The translations under genes were made by a program, and so were the position numbers. The notes under the pieces were generated by a model, which searched no databases, had not been told where the DNA came from, and saw only the letters and a list, made by a program, of their open reading frames with translations. From the NCBI GenBank assembly GCA_963729625.1, contig CAVSOU010000011.1, positions 416,001 through 480,000 on the forward strand: a stretch of 64,000 nucleotides of DNA, written 5' to 3'. Within the stretch, counting starts at the first letter, position 1; each line of letters starts with the position of its first letter. Of this stretch, positions 48,646 to 59,077 are shown piece by piece. The stretch comes from an uncultured bacterium (lineage in GTDB: Bacteria; Chloroflexota; UBA5177; JANWHV01).

Positions 48646-51015
48646 ATGAAGCGCGCGATCAAGTTAAGCAGGTCATCTCGCAGGCCAAAGAAGAAAGCCC
48701 CAAAGGCGCCGCTCGCCGTGCTCGTCTCGCTCCTGGCCGTCGTGCTTGCCGTGATTCTCCTGCTCGTTTCGGTGCTGGCCACGGCCGGGGTTGCCGCGTA
48801 CAGATACTACAACGCCGTCGTCCCAGACGGCATTGCCGCGCTGAAGGCATACCAGCAGAACCCGTATACCATCAGTCTGATTACAAATCGGAATGGCGAC
48901 ACGCTCGAGCAGCTGTACGATCCCCGCTTTGGCACGCGCGTGCTGGTTCCCCTGAAAGACGTTCCCAAGGCCATGATCGCTGCGACGATCGATACCGAGA
49001 ATCGTACGTTCTATACCGATATCGGCGTCGATCCGCTGCGCCTGTTGAGTGCCGCGAGGATCGACGTCACTGGGAGCGGCGCCCTGCAAGGCGCCTCAAC
49101 CTTGACCGAGCAGCTTGTCAAGCTCGCGCTCTTCGGCTCGAACCCGGCAGCACCACGCAAGCTCGATCAAAACGGCGTGCAGATGAAGTTGCAAGAGATC
49201 ATGGTAGCCATCGGCGTCACCAGAGATATCAAGGATTGCAATCTGAAGTGCCGCAAGGATGCCATCCTCGAAATGTACTTGAATACGGTCACATACGGGA
49301 TCGCCGGCGGCGACATCGACGGAGTCGAAGCCGCGGCCGAGTACTTCTTCGGCATTCACGCGTCGCAGCTCGACCTTGCGCAGTCGGCGCTGCTCGCGGG
49401 ACTCCCCCAGGCGCCGAGCCAAGACGATCCATTTCGACACAGGGGCGCGTCACAAGAGCGACAAGTCCATGTGCTAGACGGCATGAAGGCTGCCGGAGAT
49501 ATCACCGAGGCCGAGTTTGAAGCCGCGAAGTCGGAGCCATTGAAATATACGTTCAAGCTGGTCTCGACCAACGCGTCGGTCAACACGAATGAGTCCTATT
49601 TCGTGCACTGGCTCCGCACCGACTACCTGGCAAACCCGGCGAACCTGCGCCAGTTCGGCATTCCGGGCCTCCAGAACCCTGACGATATCTACCGCGGCTT
49701 TGTGTTCCAGACCACGCTCGATCCCGCGTGGCAGGATCTGGCCCAGAACACCATCGACACGCAGATCGAGAGTAACAGGGCCGCCTACAACATGAACGAT
49801 GGTGCGCTGGTGGCAATCGACCCGCGTAGCGGCGAGATCAAGGCGTATGTCGGCGGTGTTGGGTGGAACTCCGGGATCAACGGCGCTCAGTACGATTTTG
49901 CCGGTGAGCAGGCAAGGCAACCCGGTTCGTCGTTCAAGCCATTTATGTACGTGACGGCGTTTGAGAACGGCCATTTCCCGGCTGAGACCATCAACGATGC
50001 CTACGTCGCCTATCCCGATGCGGGCGGCACGACGTACATTCCTCGAAATTACGACCTGTCGTATCACGGCCGCATCACGCTCCGCGCGGCGTTGGCTAAC
50101 TCCTACAACGTGCCGGCGGTCAAGACGTTGTATTCGTTGGGACCGGACGGAATTAAGAAGGTCCTCAATACCATCAACAGTTTCGGCTACCGGCTGAAAG
50201 ACGAGAATCTCAAGGACCTCGGCCTGGCGATGACTCTCGGCAGCGGCGAAGGCAAACTGCTCGACGAAGTCAATGGCTACGCGGTGTTTGCCAACAACGG
50301 TGTGTACCGGCCGTACATGCCTATCCTGGCGATCTACAGAGTGCAGGCGGACGGCTCACGGAAGCTGGTATGGAAATACAGCGCTCCCAAGGGAGTGCAA
50401 GTTATCGCGCCGCAATTCGCGTACCTGATCACCAGCATCCTGAGCGATGTTCAGGCCAAGACGCCCGCTTTTGGCCAGGCCGCATACGAGTATCTTGGCC
50501 TGGGAAACCGCCCGGTAGCCAGCAAGACCGGCACCACCAGCGACTTCAAAGACAACTTGACGCTTGGTTACACGCCGGACGTCGTAACCGGCGTGTGGGT
50601 CGGCAACCCCGATGACTCAGCCATGTACGGGTCAACCGGCATCACCGGCGCCGCACCTGCCTGGCATGAGTTCATGTACGATATCACGCAGAACACGCCG
50701 ATCAGCCAGTTCATCATGCCGACGGGGATGATCACGGCGACCGTGGCGAGGTATGCGCCCGCCGGCCAGGAGCCCGGCCTGGCGCTTGGCGGCAGCGGCG
50801 TGACCGATATCTTCGCCCCCGGCACCGTGCCGACGACGCTCGACAACCCGTCGCTTGACGATTACAGCGGTAGCACGCAACCGGGTGCGACGCCCACGGT
50901 CGCACCGACTACCACCGCCAATTCTTCGAGCAGCGCACCGTGCGGTGGTGGGCCGTACAGCATTACTTCGACGACAAAGAACGGGCAGACACACGTCACA
51001 CTCGTCTGCAAGTAG
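48646..51015 (+). CDS. Class A penicillin-binding protein (transglycosylase/transpeptidase)
   Basis: N-terminal TM; QGASTLTEQLVK, LAGLPQAPS; SSFK (SxxK), SYN (SxN), KTGT. Confidence 0.93.
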   Translation: MKRAIKLSRSSRRPKKKAPKAPLAVLVSLLAVVLAVILLLVSVLATAGVAAYRYYNAVVPDGIAALKAYQQNPYTISLITNRNGDTLEQLYDPRFGTRVLVPLKDVPKAMIAATIDTENRTFYTDIGVDPLRLLSAARIDVTGSGALQGASTLTEQLVKLALFGSNPAAPRKLDQNGVQMKLQEIMVAIGVTRDIKDCNLKCRKDAILEMYLNTVTYGIAGGDIDGVEAAAEYFFGIHASQLDLAQSALLAGLPQAPSQDDPFRHRGASQERQVHVLDGMKAAGDITEAEFEAAKSEPLKYTFKLVSTNASVNTNESYFVHWLRTDYLANPANLRQFGIPGLQNPDDIYRGFVFQTTLDPAWQDLAQNTIDTQIESNRAAYNMNDGALVAIDPRSGEIKAYVGGVGWNSGINGAQYDFAGEQARQPGSSFKPFMYVTAFENGHFPAETINDAYVAYPDAGGTTYIPRNYDLSYHGRITLRAALANSYNVPAVKTLYSLGPDGIKKVLNTINSFGYRLKDENLKDLGLAMTLGSGEGKLLDEVNGYAVFANNGVYRPYMPILAIYRVQADGSRKLVWKYSAPKGVQVIAPQFAYLITSILSDVQAKTPAFGQAAYEYLGLGNRPVASKTGTTSDFKDNLTLGYTPDVVTGVWVGNPDDSAMYGSTGITGAAPAWHEFMYDITQNTPISQFIMPTGMITATVARYAPAGQEPGLALGGSGVTDIFAPGTVPTTLDNPSLDDYSGSTQPGATPTVAPTTTANSSSSAPCGGGPYSITSTTKNGQTHVTLVCK

Positions 51016-51097
51016 ACGGCGGGCTTGACATGTCCGCACTGCACGTCCCGGCGAAATGCAACGACGGCCCGCCGCAGGATCCGCGTAGCGGGCGGCC

Positions 51098-51841
51098 ATG
51101 ATCTCGTGTCGCGGACTCGGCAAGCAGTTCGGTCCGAAGTGGGCGATTCGCGACCTCGACCTCGATATTCCTGGCGGAATGGTATACGGTTTCCTGGGGC
51201 CGAACGGCGCAGGCAAGACGACGACGATACAGATGATGGTCGGCTTGCTGCGACCCACGACCGGCCAAATTCTCATCGATGGCCACGACATTGTGCGCGA
51301 TCCGGTTGGCGCTAAGCGGTGTATCGGATTTGTTCCCGACGAGCCCTATCTGTATGAGAAGCTCACTGGCCGCGAGTACCTCGAGTTTACCTGCGCACTC
51401 TTCGCGATGCCGGTTGACGAGCGGGGCCGCCGCATAGATCACCTCCTCGAACTCTTTTCGCTAAGCGGTGACCAGCACCAGCTCATCGGAAGCTACTCAC
51501 ATGGCATGCGACAGAAGATAGCCGTCATCGCCTCGCTCGTGCATGATCCCGGCAATCTCTTCCTCGATGAGCCGACTGTGGGCCTCGATCCCGGTACTGC
51601 CAGACTGCTAAAGGACATACTGGCAGAGCGAGCGAAAAATGGCGTTACAGTGCTCTTCTCGACGCATATCCTCGAAATCGCCGAAAGCATCTGCGATGCG
51701 GTGGCAATACTCCACCGCGGTCGCGCGATCGCGAAAGGAACAATTCCCGAGCTGCGCCAGAATTCAGTGCACGGAAATCAACGGCTGGAAGACATCTTTA
51801 TCGAGCTGACAACTCCGACGACCGATGTGCCGACTCTGTGA
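51098..51841 (+). CDS. ABC transporter ATP-binding protein (ABC-2/drug exporter type)
   Basis: GPNGAGKTT, YSHGMRQK, FLDEPTVGLDP, STH. Confidence 0.92.
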   Translation: MISCRGLGKQFGPKWAIRDLDLDIPGGMVYGFLGPNGAGKTTTIQMMVGLLRPTTGQILIDGHDIVRDPVGAKRCIGFVPDEPYLYEKLTGREYLEFTCALFAMPVDERGRRIDHLLELFSLSGDQHQLIGSYSHGMRQKIAVIASLVHDPGNLFLDEPTVGLDPGTARLLKDILAERAKNGVTVLFSTHILEIAESICDAVAILHRGRAIAKGTIPELRQNSVHGNQRLEDIFIELTTPTTDVPTL

Positions 51842-51969
51842 CATCGCGAACGTAGCCCGGAGCGCATGACTCGCGTACAGTGGTAGTATCGAGTATTGTC
51901 ACCGAGTGTGCTTCACGCGAGGTGCGCGCGGTTCGACGGCCCAGTTTCCCGAAGAATGAGGTCTCCGTG

Positions 51970-54900
51970 ATGCACGCTCGTACTCGCTTGGTAGCCAGAG
52001 CCGTGGCAGCTGCCGTAGTGGCAAGTGCCGCCTTTCCGGCCCTCATCAGCAGAGGCAGTGTTCTGCGTTCGATGCGTGCGCCTGCCGCCCACGCCATGCC
52101 AGTCGAGGTACGCGGCTACTCGCCGGCGCTGCTCGATCAAGCGGCAGCGCACTCGGTTCCCATGATCTTCTTGCTCAAACCAGGGTCGGTTAGCAGCGCA
52201 GAAAGTGTTATCCGGACCCTAACGCAGGCCGGCGCCTCGAACATCTCGCAGCTCAGCTTGATCGGTGGAATCTCGGCGAACGTGGGGCAGCCCGCGCTCG
52301 ACGCGCTTCGCTATGATGGCCGCCTGGCTTCGGTCCAGCCCGACCAGATCATGCAACCGGAACCAATCCCCAACCTGGCACAAATGCAGGATCAGGAGGC
52401 GCACGCGCAGGTAACAGCCGGTGGCGCAGTGCCATTCACCCAAACGGTGGTAAGCGAGCCCGACACCCTGAGCATCATCCACGCCGACCTTGCTCAGGAG
52501 CAGTTTACGGGCCGCAACGTGCGTGTAGCGGTGATCGACTCGGGCATCGACCTCAGCCATCCCGATTTGCAGGGGGTGATGCTGATGGGGTCCGATGGTA
52601 AACCGCTCTACAAGGATTTCACCAATACGGACCTCACAGACACTATTGGGCACGGGACCGCGTGCGCGGGCACGATCGTCGCGCAGGGAAAGACACTGTA
52701 CAGCGCGACGGATACGTACTCTCGCTATCTCTATCCGGCACTGAAACCGGGCGAGCGGCAATCCGATCGCACCTACTTCACTACGACCGGGGTCGCGCCC
52801 GGGGTGAAACTCATGGTAGCCAAGGTGTTTGACTCGCGAGCCGACGCCAGCACCAGCGGTTTCGTACGGGCCATTCAGTGGGCAATTCAGAATCACGCGG
52901 ATATCATCAGCGAGTCGTGGGGCGCGCCTGACCTCTACTACGCCGGTAACAACGTCACCGCCCTGGCCGATGAACAAGCCGTTCAGCACGGAATCACGGT
53001 CGTCGTCGCCAGCGGCAACGCCGGGCCAGGCGCTTCCAGCACTGAATCACCCGGCTCACTTCCCGATGTAATCACCGCGGGCGCCTCGACCGACTATCGA
53101 CAATACGCCGAGACCGGTTTCTACACGCGATACGGCCTGTACGGGTCGGATAGCATTGCCGCGTTCACGTCGGAAGGACCAACGCTTGACGGCCGGGTGC
53201 GCCCCGACATTTTTGCACCCGGAGCGTTTGGTTGGGCGACATTTCCGCACACCCCGAGCGTCGATGGTCCAACGACCAAGCCGTACACGATTGGCAGCTT
53301 CGGCGGCACGAGCATGGCGACTCCAGTGACCGCCGGTGTGGCGGCGCTGGTGATCAACGCGTATCGTGACACGCACGGCGGTACGGGCCCCACGCCCGCG
53401 CACGTGAAACAAATCTTGCAGAGCAGCGCCGACGACCTTGGCTATGGCGCTCAGGATCAGGCAGCCGGCCGGATCGATGCCTATCGCGCTGTTGAGATGG
53501 CCGGTCATCGAGGAGCGTCAGTGCTCCTGTCGGGCCCGATCACGCTCGAAGGATTGCCGGGACAGCACCTGAGCCAGACCATGACGCTTACGAACACGGG
53601 ACAGGTCAGTGAGACCGTCTTGGTGCAGCCGCAGGTGACGCATCAGACCCAGGCGCTCAGCTTTGGCGGAACCGTGGTCGCCGATAACGCCGTCGCGTAT
53701 CACTTCAGGGTTCCCGCGGGTACGACCGTTCTGAAGGGTTCTGCCACCTTTTCGAGCCAACGCACGGTGCCCATTCCCGGTGAGCCGGCTCAGGATGTCA
53801 TTCTGCAGATTGCACTCTACGACCCGCATGGGAACCTGGCTAACGCCGAGCAATCGTTCGTAGCCGACCCCTCGTCTCCCGTGCAATCGGCTTCGGGCTA
53901 TGCCGGTACCACGGCGGCTCGTCCACTACCAGGCACCTGGACCGCCGTAGTAAGCCAGGCCCCGCGCCGTGGCGCCAATCAAGTTCGTCACTACGTGAGC
54001 GTGCCTTTCACCGGCCATATCAATCTGTTCAATTTCGCGTCCAGCAGTAGCGTTGTAAGTCCTTCGAGCTTCACGCTCAGGCCAGGCGAGGTCAAGCACA
54101 TACAGTACAAGACGGGTGCGCTCGGCGGGCCCGGCGTGTCGGAGGTCACCGTGCATGTACGAGAGCACGCTCTAGCACCGCTTGCCGACAGCCCGGTCGC
54201 CTCGACATCCGCGATCACGCCTACTGACGCGGTGGAGAGTATTCCAGCGATTGTGACCTCCGACATCGCTGTTGCGCGTGGCGTGGGCGCTTTTTCCGGA
54301 TCATTTACGGGAGGCATCGGCACGCAAGGATTCGCACGTGAAACCCGGTTCTACAACTTCTCCGTGCCCAGCGGCGTGCATAGCGCACAGGTGGCCATCG
54401 CATGGCACCACCAAGGAAACCTCTTCCTGCTCGGGCTGATCGACCCAAGCGGCAAGATCAACAACGCGGTCGACAACGCTTTCGTCAACAGCGACGGTTC
54501 GCTTGATCTCACACATCCGGTCGTGGAAGCGTACCTGACCGACCCGACGCCCGGTACCTGGCGCATCGTATTCATGAGCTTGACCTATGATGGACTCTAT
54601 ACGAGCGAGCCGTATAAGGGCGCGGTACTGCTTGACCAGCCCCAGCTCCGGGCAAGCGCCACTTCACTTACGGTCACAGCGGGAGGCAGCGCCAGCAAAT
54701 TCAGTATCGCGGTGCGCAATACCGGCGTTGCCCCGGACGGGTACTACAGCTACGCCACTTCCGATCAGTACACATATCTCGCGCTTGGTGGAAACGGCGG
54801 GTCGCTGCAGGCCGGTCTTTCGGTCGGCGTGGGAGCCACGAGTACCCTGACGTACACGACCAGCTTTGTCCCGCCCGGCACGCGCGAAGTCATAACGCAG

Positions 54901-56658
54901 GCGCAGAGTCTGAACACATCGCAACCCCTGGATATCGAGCTGGACGACTCGGCATACGGCTCGTACGCCGCTTTCGCTCGGCGAGCGGAGGTAAGCCTCG
55001 GCGGGCGCGTCAGCACGGGCGATTCGGCGACCATACAGGGCGATAACCTGCCTATCGGCCAGTACTTCATCAGCGTCTCGTTGCCCAGCGGTGCGCGGGG
55101 GGGCCAGATCTACGTCGCGTCCAGCACGCAGGCCTACGCTCTGTCGCCACAGCCATGGATCAAGCTGGACGCACAGCGCCACGTCGACGGAACCTTCAGT
55201 CAGAACTTGCTTGTGGCGCGACCAGGCGGTGTCGTCACGTTCCATGGCCAGGTCGCGGTTCCCGGGACCGTGGCTCCTGGCACCTACCACGCCCTTGTAT
55301 ACATCTACTCATATCGCGATGACCGAGTTGGCGTGGTTCCGCTTACGATCGCGGTGCTGCCTGCTCAACCAGCCCCGGCACCAACACCCGACCCGTTGCT
55401 TGCTACGGTTGCGTCGGCGCAGTACTTCCCCGAGGGTGCCTCGGCGCCCGGAGTACGGGACCAGATGGACCTGGTAAACCCGGGTTCGCTAGACGCCCAC
55501 GTGCAGATCCGTTTGATCAACGATGGCGGCTGGACGACGCTGTCACGCTACGTGCTTCCCGCCCACACTAGGAAGACGGTCAACGTGCAACCGCTCATAG
55601 GGGACAACCAGGTCATCGCGGCGGTCGTGCAAGCAGATCAGACGATCATCAGCGGCCGCCAGATACTGAGAAGCGGCGAGGCCGGCTCATATTCGGTAGG
55701 CACACAGAGCCCGGGCACTAAGTGGTACTTCGCGGACGGCTACACGGTGGGAAGCTTTGCCGAATACCTTACCGTCGTCAATCCGGGCGCGACGCAGGCT
55801 CACGTTCATATGCACCTGGTGAGTGACTCCGGCGATACGCGGGTCGGCAACTTCACAGTTCCAGGCTCGTCACGGCGAACTGTCCAAATGAGCGACCTGA
55901 TGCCGGACAAGGCCTTGAGCGTCACCATCACCAGCAACGTGCCGGTGGTTGCCGAGCGCGTACAGCTCTTCGGCAACTTGGGACAGGGCGTAACGACGAC
56001 CGTTGGCGCCCAGTCGGGCAGCACCGCGCAGTACATCGACCCCGGCCACCTGCCTGCAAGCGCGCAAGGGCATATCGTGATCTACAACCCTGGTGGCAAG
56101 CCGGCCAGTATCTCAGTCACGCCGATCGATCAACACGGACGGGCGAGAGCCACAGTACTGCTGAGCATCAAGGCTGGACGGCGCGCGACGATCGACCTCA
56201 GGGCGTTGTACCACACGGCCAATCTCGGCGCTGAAATAGCCAGCAATGTGCCGGTCGTGGCGGAGAAGGCGGCGTATTACGGGCGTATCGCGCAGTCGGT
56301 AGTGGGCGGTAGCGACCTGCTTGGACTCGCCTCCGCGGTGTCGCAGGTGGTCTTCCCAGGTGGGACAACGGCGAGCGGCGCTTCCAATTATCTCAACCTC
56401 TACAACCCGACTGCGAACCCGGAGAGCTTATCCATAATCGCGATCTTTGGTGGGTACCGGCAGGTGCATCGGACGGTGACCGTGCCCGCGGAAACACGGC
56501 TCAGCCTGAGCGTCTCCAGTCTGGGCGTCCCGACCGGTTCAAGCAGCTTGATTGTGCGCGGCGCCCAGGATGCGCAGTTTTTTGCAACACAATCGCTCTT
56601 CAACCGCGCCGGAACGGACGGTTCGGAACTCAGCGGTGTCAGTCTGACCGGGCAGTAA
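51970..56658 (+). CDS. Large secreted S8 (subtilisin-like) serine peptidase with a C-terminal four-repeat YFAEG-type module
   Basis: Signal peptide, I9-like prodomain, catalytic VAVIDSGID / GHGTACAG / GTSMATP. Confidence 0.9.
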   Translation: MHARTRLVARAVAAAVVASAAFPALISRGSVLRSMRAPAAHAMPVEVRGYSPALLDQAAAHSVPMIFLLKPGSVSSAESVIRTLTQAGASNISQLSLIGGISANVGQPALDALRYDGRLASVQPDQIMQPEPIPNLAQMQDQEAHAQVTAGGAVPFTQTVVSEPDTLSIIHADLAQEQFTGRNVRVAVIDSGIDLSHPDLQGVMLMGSDGKPLYKDFTNTDLTDTIGHGTACAGTIVAQGKTLYSATDTYSRYLYPALKPGERQSDRTYFTTTGVAPGVKLMVAKVFDSRADASTSGFVRAIQWAIQNHADIISESWGAPDLYYAGNNVTALADEQAVQHGITVVVASGNAGPGASSTESPGSLPDVITAGASTDYRQYAETGFYTRYGLYGSDSIAAFTSEGPTLDGRVRPDIFAPGAFGWATFPHTPSVDGPTTKPYTIGSFGGTSMATPVTAGVAALVINAYRDTHGGTGPTPAHVKQILQSSADDLGYGAQDQAAGRIDAYRAVEMAGHRGASVLLSGPITLEGLPGQHLSQTMTLTNTGQVSETVLVQPQVTHQTQALSFGGTVVADNAVAYHFRVPAGTTVLKGSATFSSQRTVPIPGEPAQDVILQIALYDPHGNLANAEQSFVADPSSPVQSASGYAGTTAARPLPGTWTAVVSQAPRRGANQVRHYVSVPFTGHINLFNFASSSSVVSPSSFTLRPGEVKHIQYKTGALGGPGVSEVTVHVREHALAPLADSPVASTSAITPTDAVESIPAIVTSDIAVARGVGAFSGSFTGGIGTQGFARETRFYNFSVPSGVHSAQVAIAWHHQGNLFLLGLIDPSGKINNAVDNAFVNSDGSLDLTHPVVEAYLTDPTPGTWRIVFMSLTYDGLYTSEPYKGAVLLDQPQLRASATSLTVTAGGSASKFSIAVRNTGVAPDGYYSYATSDQYTYLALGGNGGSLQAGLSVGVGATSTLTYTTSFVPPGTREVITQAQSLNTSQPLDIELDDSAYGSYAAFARRAEVSLGGRVSTGDSATIQGDNLPIGQYFISVSLPSGARGGQIYVASSTQAYALSPQPWIKLDAQRHVDGTFSQNLLVARPGGVVTFHGQVAVPGTVAPGTYHALVYIYSYRDDRVGVVPLTIAVLPAQPAPAPTPDPLLATVASAQYFPEGASAPGVRDQMDLVNPGSLDAHVQIRLINDGGWTTLSRYVLPAHTRKTVNVQPLIGDNQVIAAVVQADQTIISGRQILRSGEAGSYSVGTQSPGTKWYFADGYTVGSFAEYLTVVNPGATQAHVHMHLVSDSGDTRVGNFTVPGSSRRTVQMSDLMPDKALSVTITSNVPVVAERVQLFGNLGQGVTTTVGAQSGSTAQYIDPGHLPASAQGHIVIYNPGGKPASISVTPIDQHGRARATVLLSIKAGRRATIDLRALYHTANLGAEIASNVPVVAEKAAYYGRIAQSVVGGSDLLGLASAVSQVVFPGGTTASGASNYLNLYNPTANPESLSIIAIFGGYRQVHRTVTVPAETRLSLSVSSLGVPTGSSSLIVRGAQDAQFFATQSLFNRAGTDGSELSGVSLTGQ

Positions 56659-56765
56659 GAGGTATCCCGATCCAATCATGACGACGCCGCCGATCCTCTT
56701 CGCTCGAACGCATCGTCGGCCGGGTCCATCAGTTCCGAAGGGCGAAGAACAAGGCTTCTTGGCCC

Positions 56766-56806
56766 GAAGAAAGAACCAGGCGGGCACCCCCTCGGGAGTG
56801 CCCGCC
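56766..56806 (-). terminator. Intrinsic terminator downstream of sodA
   Basis: ggcgggcac...gtgcccgcc hairpin followed on the minus strand by tggttctttctt. Confidence 0.6.
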
Positions 56807-56833
56807 GGTCTGCAGTCTGGACCACCGGGCGGC

Positions 56834-57451
56834 TCAGCGGCCGCCGGCGGCCTCATATCGACGCGCTACTTCCGGCCAGCTTACCGTGTTGTACCACGCC
56901 TCGATATACTTCTGACGCTGATTCTGGTATTTGAGATAGTACGCGTGCTCCCAGACGTCCACTCCAAGTATCGGAGTGCGGGCGTCGGAAATCGGGCTGT
57001 CCTGATTGGCAGTCGACTCGATGCGCAGCGCACCCGCCGAATCGATCGTGAGCCACGCCCAGCCGCTGCCGAAACGCCCGAGACCTGCCTTCGTGAGTTG
57101 TTCCTTGAACGCTTCGAAGCCCCCGAACGTCTTGTCGATGGCAGAGGCAACCGCTCCCGTGGGAGTGCCGCCTCCGTTCGGGGACAGGATCTGCCAGAAG
57201 AAGGTGTGGTTGGCATGACCGCCAGCGTTATTGCGGACGGCCATGCGGATATCCGAGGGCACCTTCTCCAGACTCTTGAGCAGATCCTCAACGCCCAGGA
57301 CAGCGAGGTCGGGGTAATTCGCCAGGGCGGCGTTCGCGTTATTGACGTACGTACCGTGATGCTTGTCGTGATGGATTCGCATTGTCAGTTCATCGATGTG
57401 CGGCTCCAGCGCGGCATAGTCATACGGCAAAGGCGGTAGTTCGAAAGCCAT
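56834..57451 (-). CDS. sodA: Superoxide dismutase, Mn-type signature
   Basis: [40 protein letters not shown]. Confidence 0.95.
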   Translation of the reverse strand: MAFELPPLPYDYAALEPHIDELTMRIHHDKHHGTYVNNANAALANYPDLAVLGVEDLLKSLEKVPSDIRMAVRNNAGGHANHTFFWQILSPNGGGTPTGAVASAIDKTFGGFEAFKEQLTKAGLGRFGSGWAWLTIDSAGALRIESTANQDSPISDARTPILGVDVWEHAYYLKYQNQRQKYIEAWYNTVSWPEVARRYEAAGGR

Positions 57452-57483
57452 GTGGTGAATGCTCCTCGCGTGCTGTGGTTTTA

Positions 57484-57498
57484 ACTCCTACTAGGAGT
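57484..57498. promoter_or_regulatory. Palindromic candidate operator upstream of sodA
   Basis: ACTCCTA-C-TAGGAGT, a perfect 7-1-7 palindrome about 33 nt upstream of the sodA ATG. Confidence 0.5.
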
Positions 57499-57579
57499 AT
57501 GCCGGAGTCGCCAATAAATGCAGACAACCAAACAGCAGTGTTCGATGCATTTGAGGCGAAAACCGGTCTGATAGCGAAA

Positions 57580-57635
57580 CCAGCAACCCGCCATTCTCGT
57601 CCTAATGTGACGACAGAGAACGGGCAGGTTGCTGG
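57580..57635 (-). terminator. Long hairpin downstream of the KGG gene
   Basis: ccagcaacc...ggttgctgg outer stem with inner ttctc/gagaa pairing, then TTTC on the minus strand. Confidence 0.4.
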
Positions 57636-57684
57636 ATGCGGATCACTGCGATGGCAACACCGGCCCGCATGGGGCAAGATCGCG

Positions 57685-57987
57685 CTACTTGCGATAGCTC
57701 TCAGATCCTGCTTTCTCGGCGCGCTCGCTCAAGTCTTCCTTCATGGACGAGTTCTTCGCGCGGGAATTCTGGCCATGGCTCTGCCCGCCGCGACTGCCGA
57801 TCGCGGCCATGTGCGCGCGGTCCTCGCTGACGACCTCGCCACCCTTACTGCCCGCTATTCTTGCCTCTTCGGACGTGAACTCATGCGCAGTGCCGGCCTC
57901 ATGCGCGGCCCTGCCTCCCTTGCTAGCGATACTACGCTGCTTCTCTGGATCCATTGAGGCAAAGCCTCGGTTTGACGTGCCCGGCAT
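57685..57987 (-). CDS. KGG-repeat general stress protein
   Basis: RGFASMDPEKQRSIASKGG, AHEFTSEEAR.AG.KGG, HMAAIGSRGG; AAGGA SD. Confidence 0.92.
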   Translation of the reverse strand: MPGTSNRGFASMDPEKQRSIASKGGRAAHEAGTAHEFTSEEARIAGSKGGEVVSEDRAHMAAIGSRGGQSHGQNSRAKNSSMKEDLSERAEKAGSESYRK

Positions 57988-58257
57988 TGTCTGGTTTCCT
58001 TTCGTTTCGCGTTACCAGGCGAGTGTCCCCAATTGCTCAGTGTGCGGATAGTGCGGTTTACCCACATCAATCGAATGGCCGGATCAGCCCGCCGATCGGC
58101 TTAGGCCGGTTTGGCCGAAAGCATGGACCGCTCCACACACAACTGCACGTCTCGACACGTGTCGTGCGGTGTACTATCATGACTCTGCCAGGCTAGCTGC
58201 TCACAGTCAAGTGGCTGGGTACGGGCCTACGCACTAGTCACCGTCGGTGAAATTGGG

Positions 58258-58971
58258 ATGCACGCGCTATACCTGGTCTGTCTGGTAGGCGGCCTGGGCG
58301 CGACGGTTCTACTCGCCCTGATCGGCGGTCTCGCCGGTCACGTGGGTGGTCACACCGCAGGGCACCTGCATGTCGGGCATTCAACACCACATCTCGCCGC
58401 CCCGCATGCGCATGCGGCGCTGCCCGACGCGCACGGACACGCGGTCGCTCCCGTCGCTCCTTCAGCGGTGACGAGCCCCGGCTCGACGATGGTCTCGGCT
58501 TTCGGTTGGACGCTTTCGTGGCTCAGCCCACTCTCGATCGCCGCCGCCGTACTGTGGTTCGGCGCCGGCGGCATGCTTGCCGATCTTGCGGTACCCGGTA
58601 TCTCCGCGCTCATCGCGGTCGTCGCTGCCGTCCTGGGCGCTGGGATCGTGCGCGAGGTCATTTCGGCGTTTGCCCGAGCGAGCAGCGAGCCCTTATCGGC
58701 GGGCGCAGTCGGCGCAGTCGGCCTATTGAACGCCAGAATCCAGCCCGGGGCGATGGGCGAGGTCGTCTTCGATCTGGAAGGACTACATCGCAGCGCTCCA
58801 GCCCGCAGCAACGACGGATCGCCAATCCCTCGCGGTGCCAGTGTCGTGATCGTTCGCTACGAACAGGGCGTCGCCTATGTTAGCGCACTGGATCCGCTCA
58901 GCGCCATCAATGAATTTGAGCAAACCGGCAATGGAAGCGAAGAGGTAGGCAGCCGTCGGGCCGGCCCGTGA
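58258..58971 (+). CDS. NfeD-like membrane protein with a His-rich loop
   Basis: TM helices plus C-terminal OB fold (GAVG...I.PG..GEV...A.S.DG.PI.RG..VVIVRYEQGVAYV); precedes flotillin. Confidence 0.8.
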   Translation: MHALYLVCLVGGLGATVLLALIGGLAGHVGGHTAGHLHVGHSTPHLAAPHAHAALPDAHGHAVAPVAPSAVTSPGSTMVSAFGWTLSWLSPLSIAAAVLWFGAGGMLADLAVPGISALIAVVAAVLGAGIVREVISAFARASSEPLSAGAVGAVGLLNARIQPGAMGEVVFDLEGLHRSAPARSNDGSPIPRGASVVIVRYEQGVAYVSALDPLSAINEFEQTGNGSEEVGSRRAGP

Positions 58972-59077
58972 CCGTTGCCCATTGATTCCAACGTCCCTAT
59001 GGGATACATGCGCATCTCGGTAGACCGATCGGCGATAGTGCGGTGAATGCTCCAGGCGGCAAGAGAGAGGTTCTGAA

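Noticed and set aside
56678-57439. 253-aa plus-strand ORF
   Set aside because: Antisense to the clearly conserved sodA.
57500-57684. yybP-ykoY Mn riboswitch upstream of sodA
   Set aside because: No GGGGAGUAG or GAGAC-type signature; the hairpin is better explained as a terminator for the KGG gene.
58050-58090. SigB-like promoter for the KGG gene (GGGTAA on the minus strand)
   Set aside because: Only the -10 element matches; there is no GTTT -35 at a suitable spacing.
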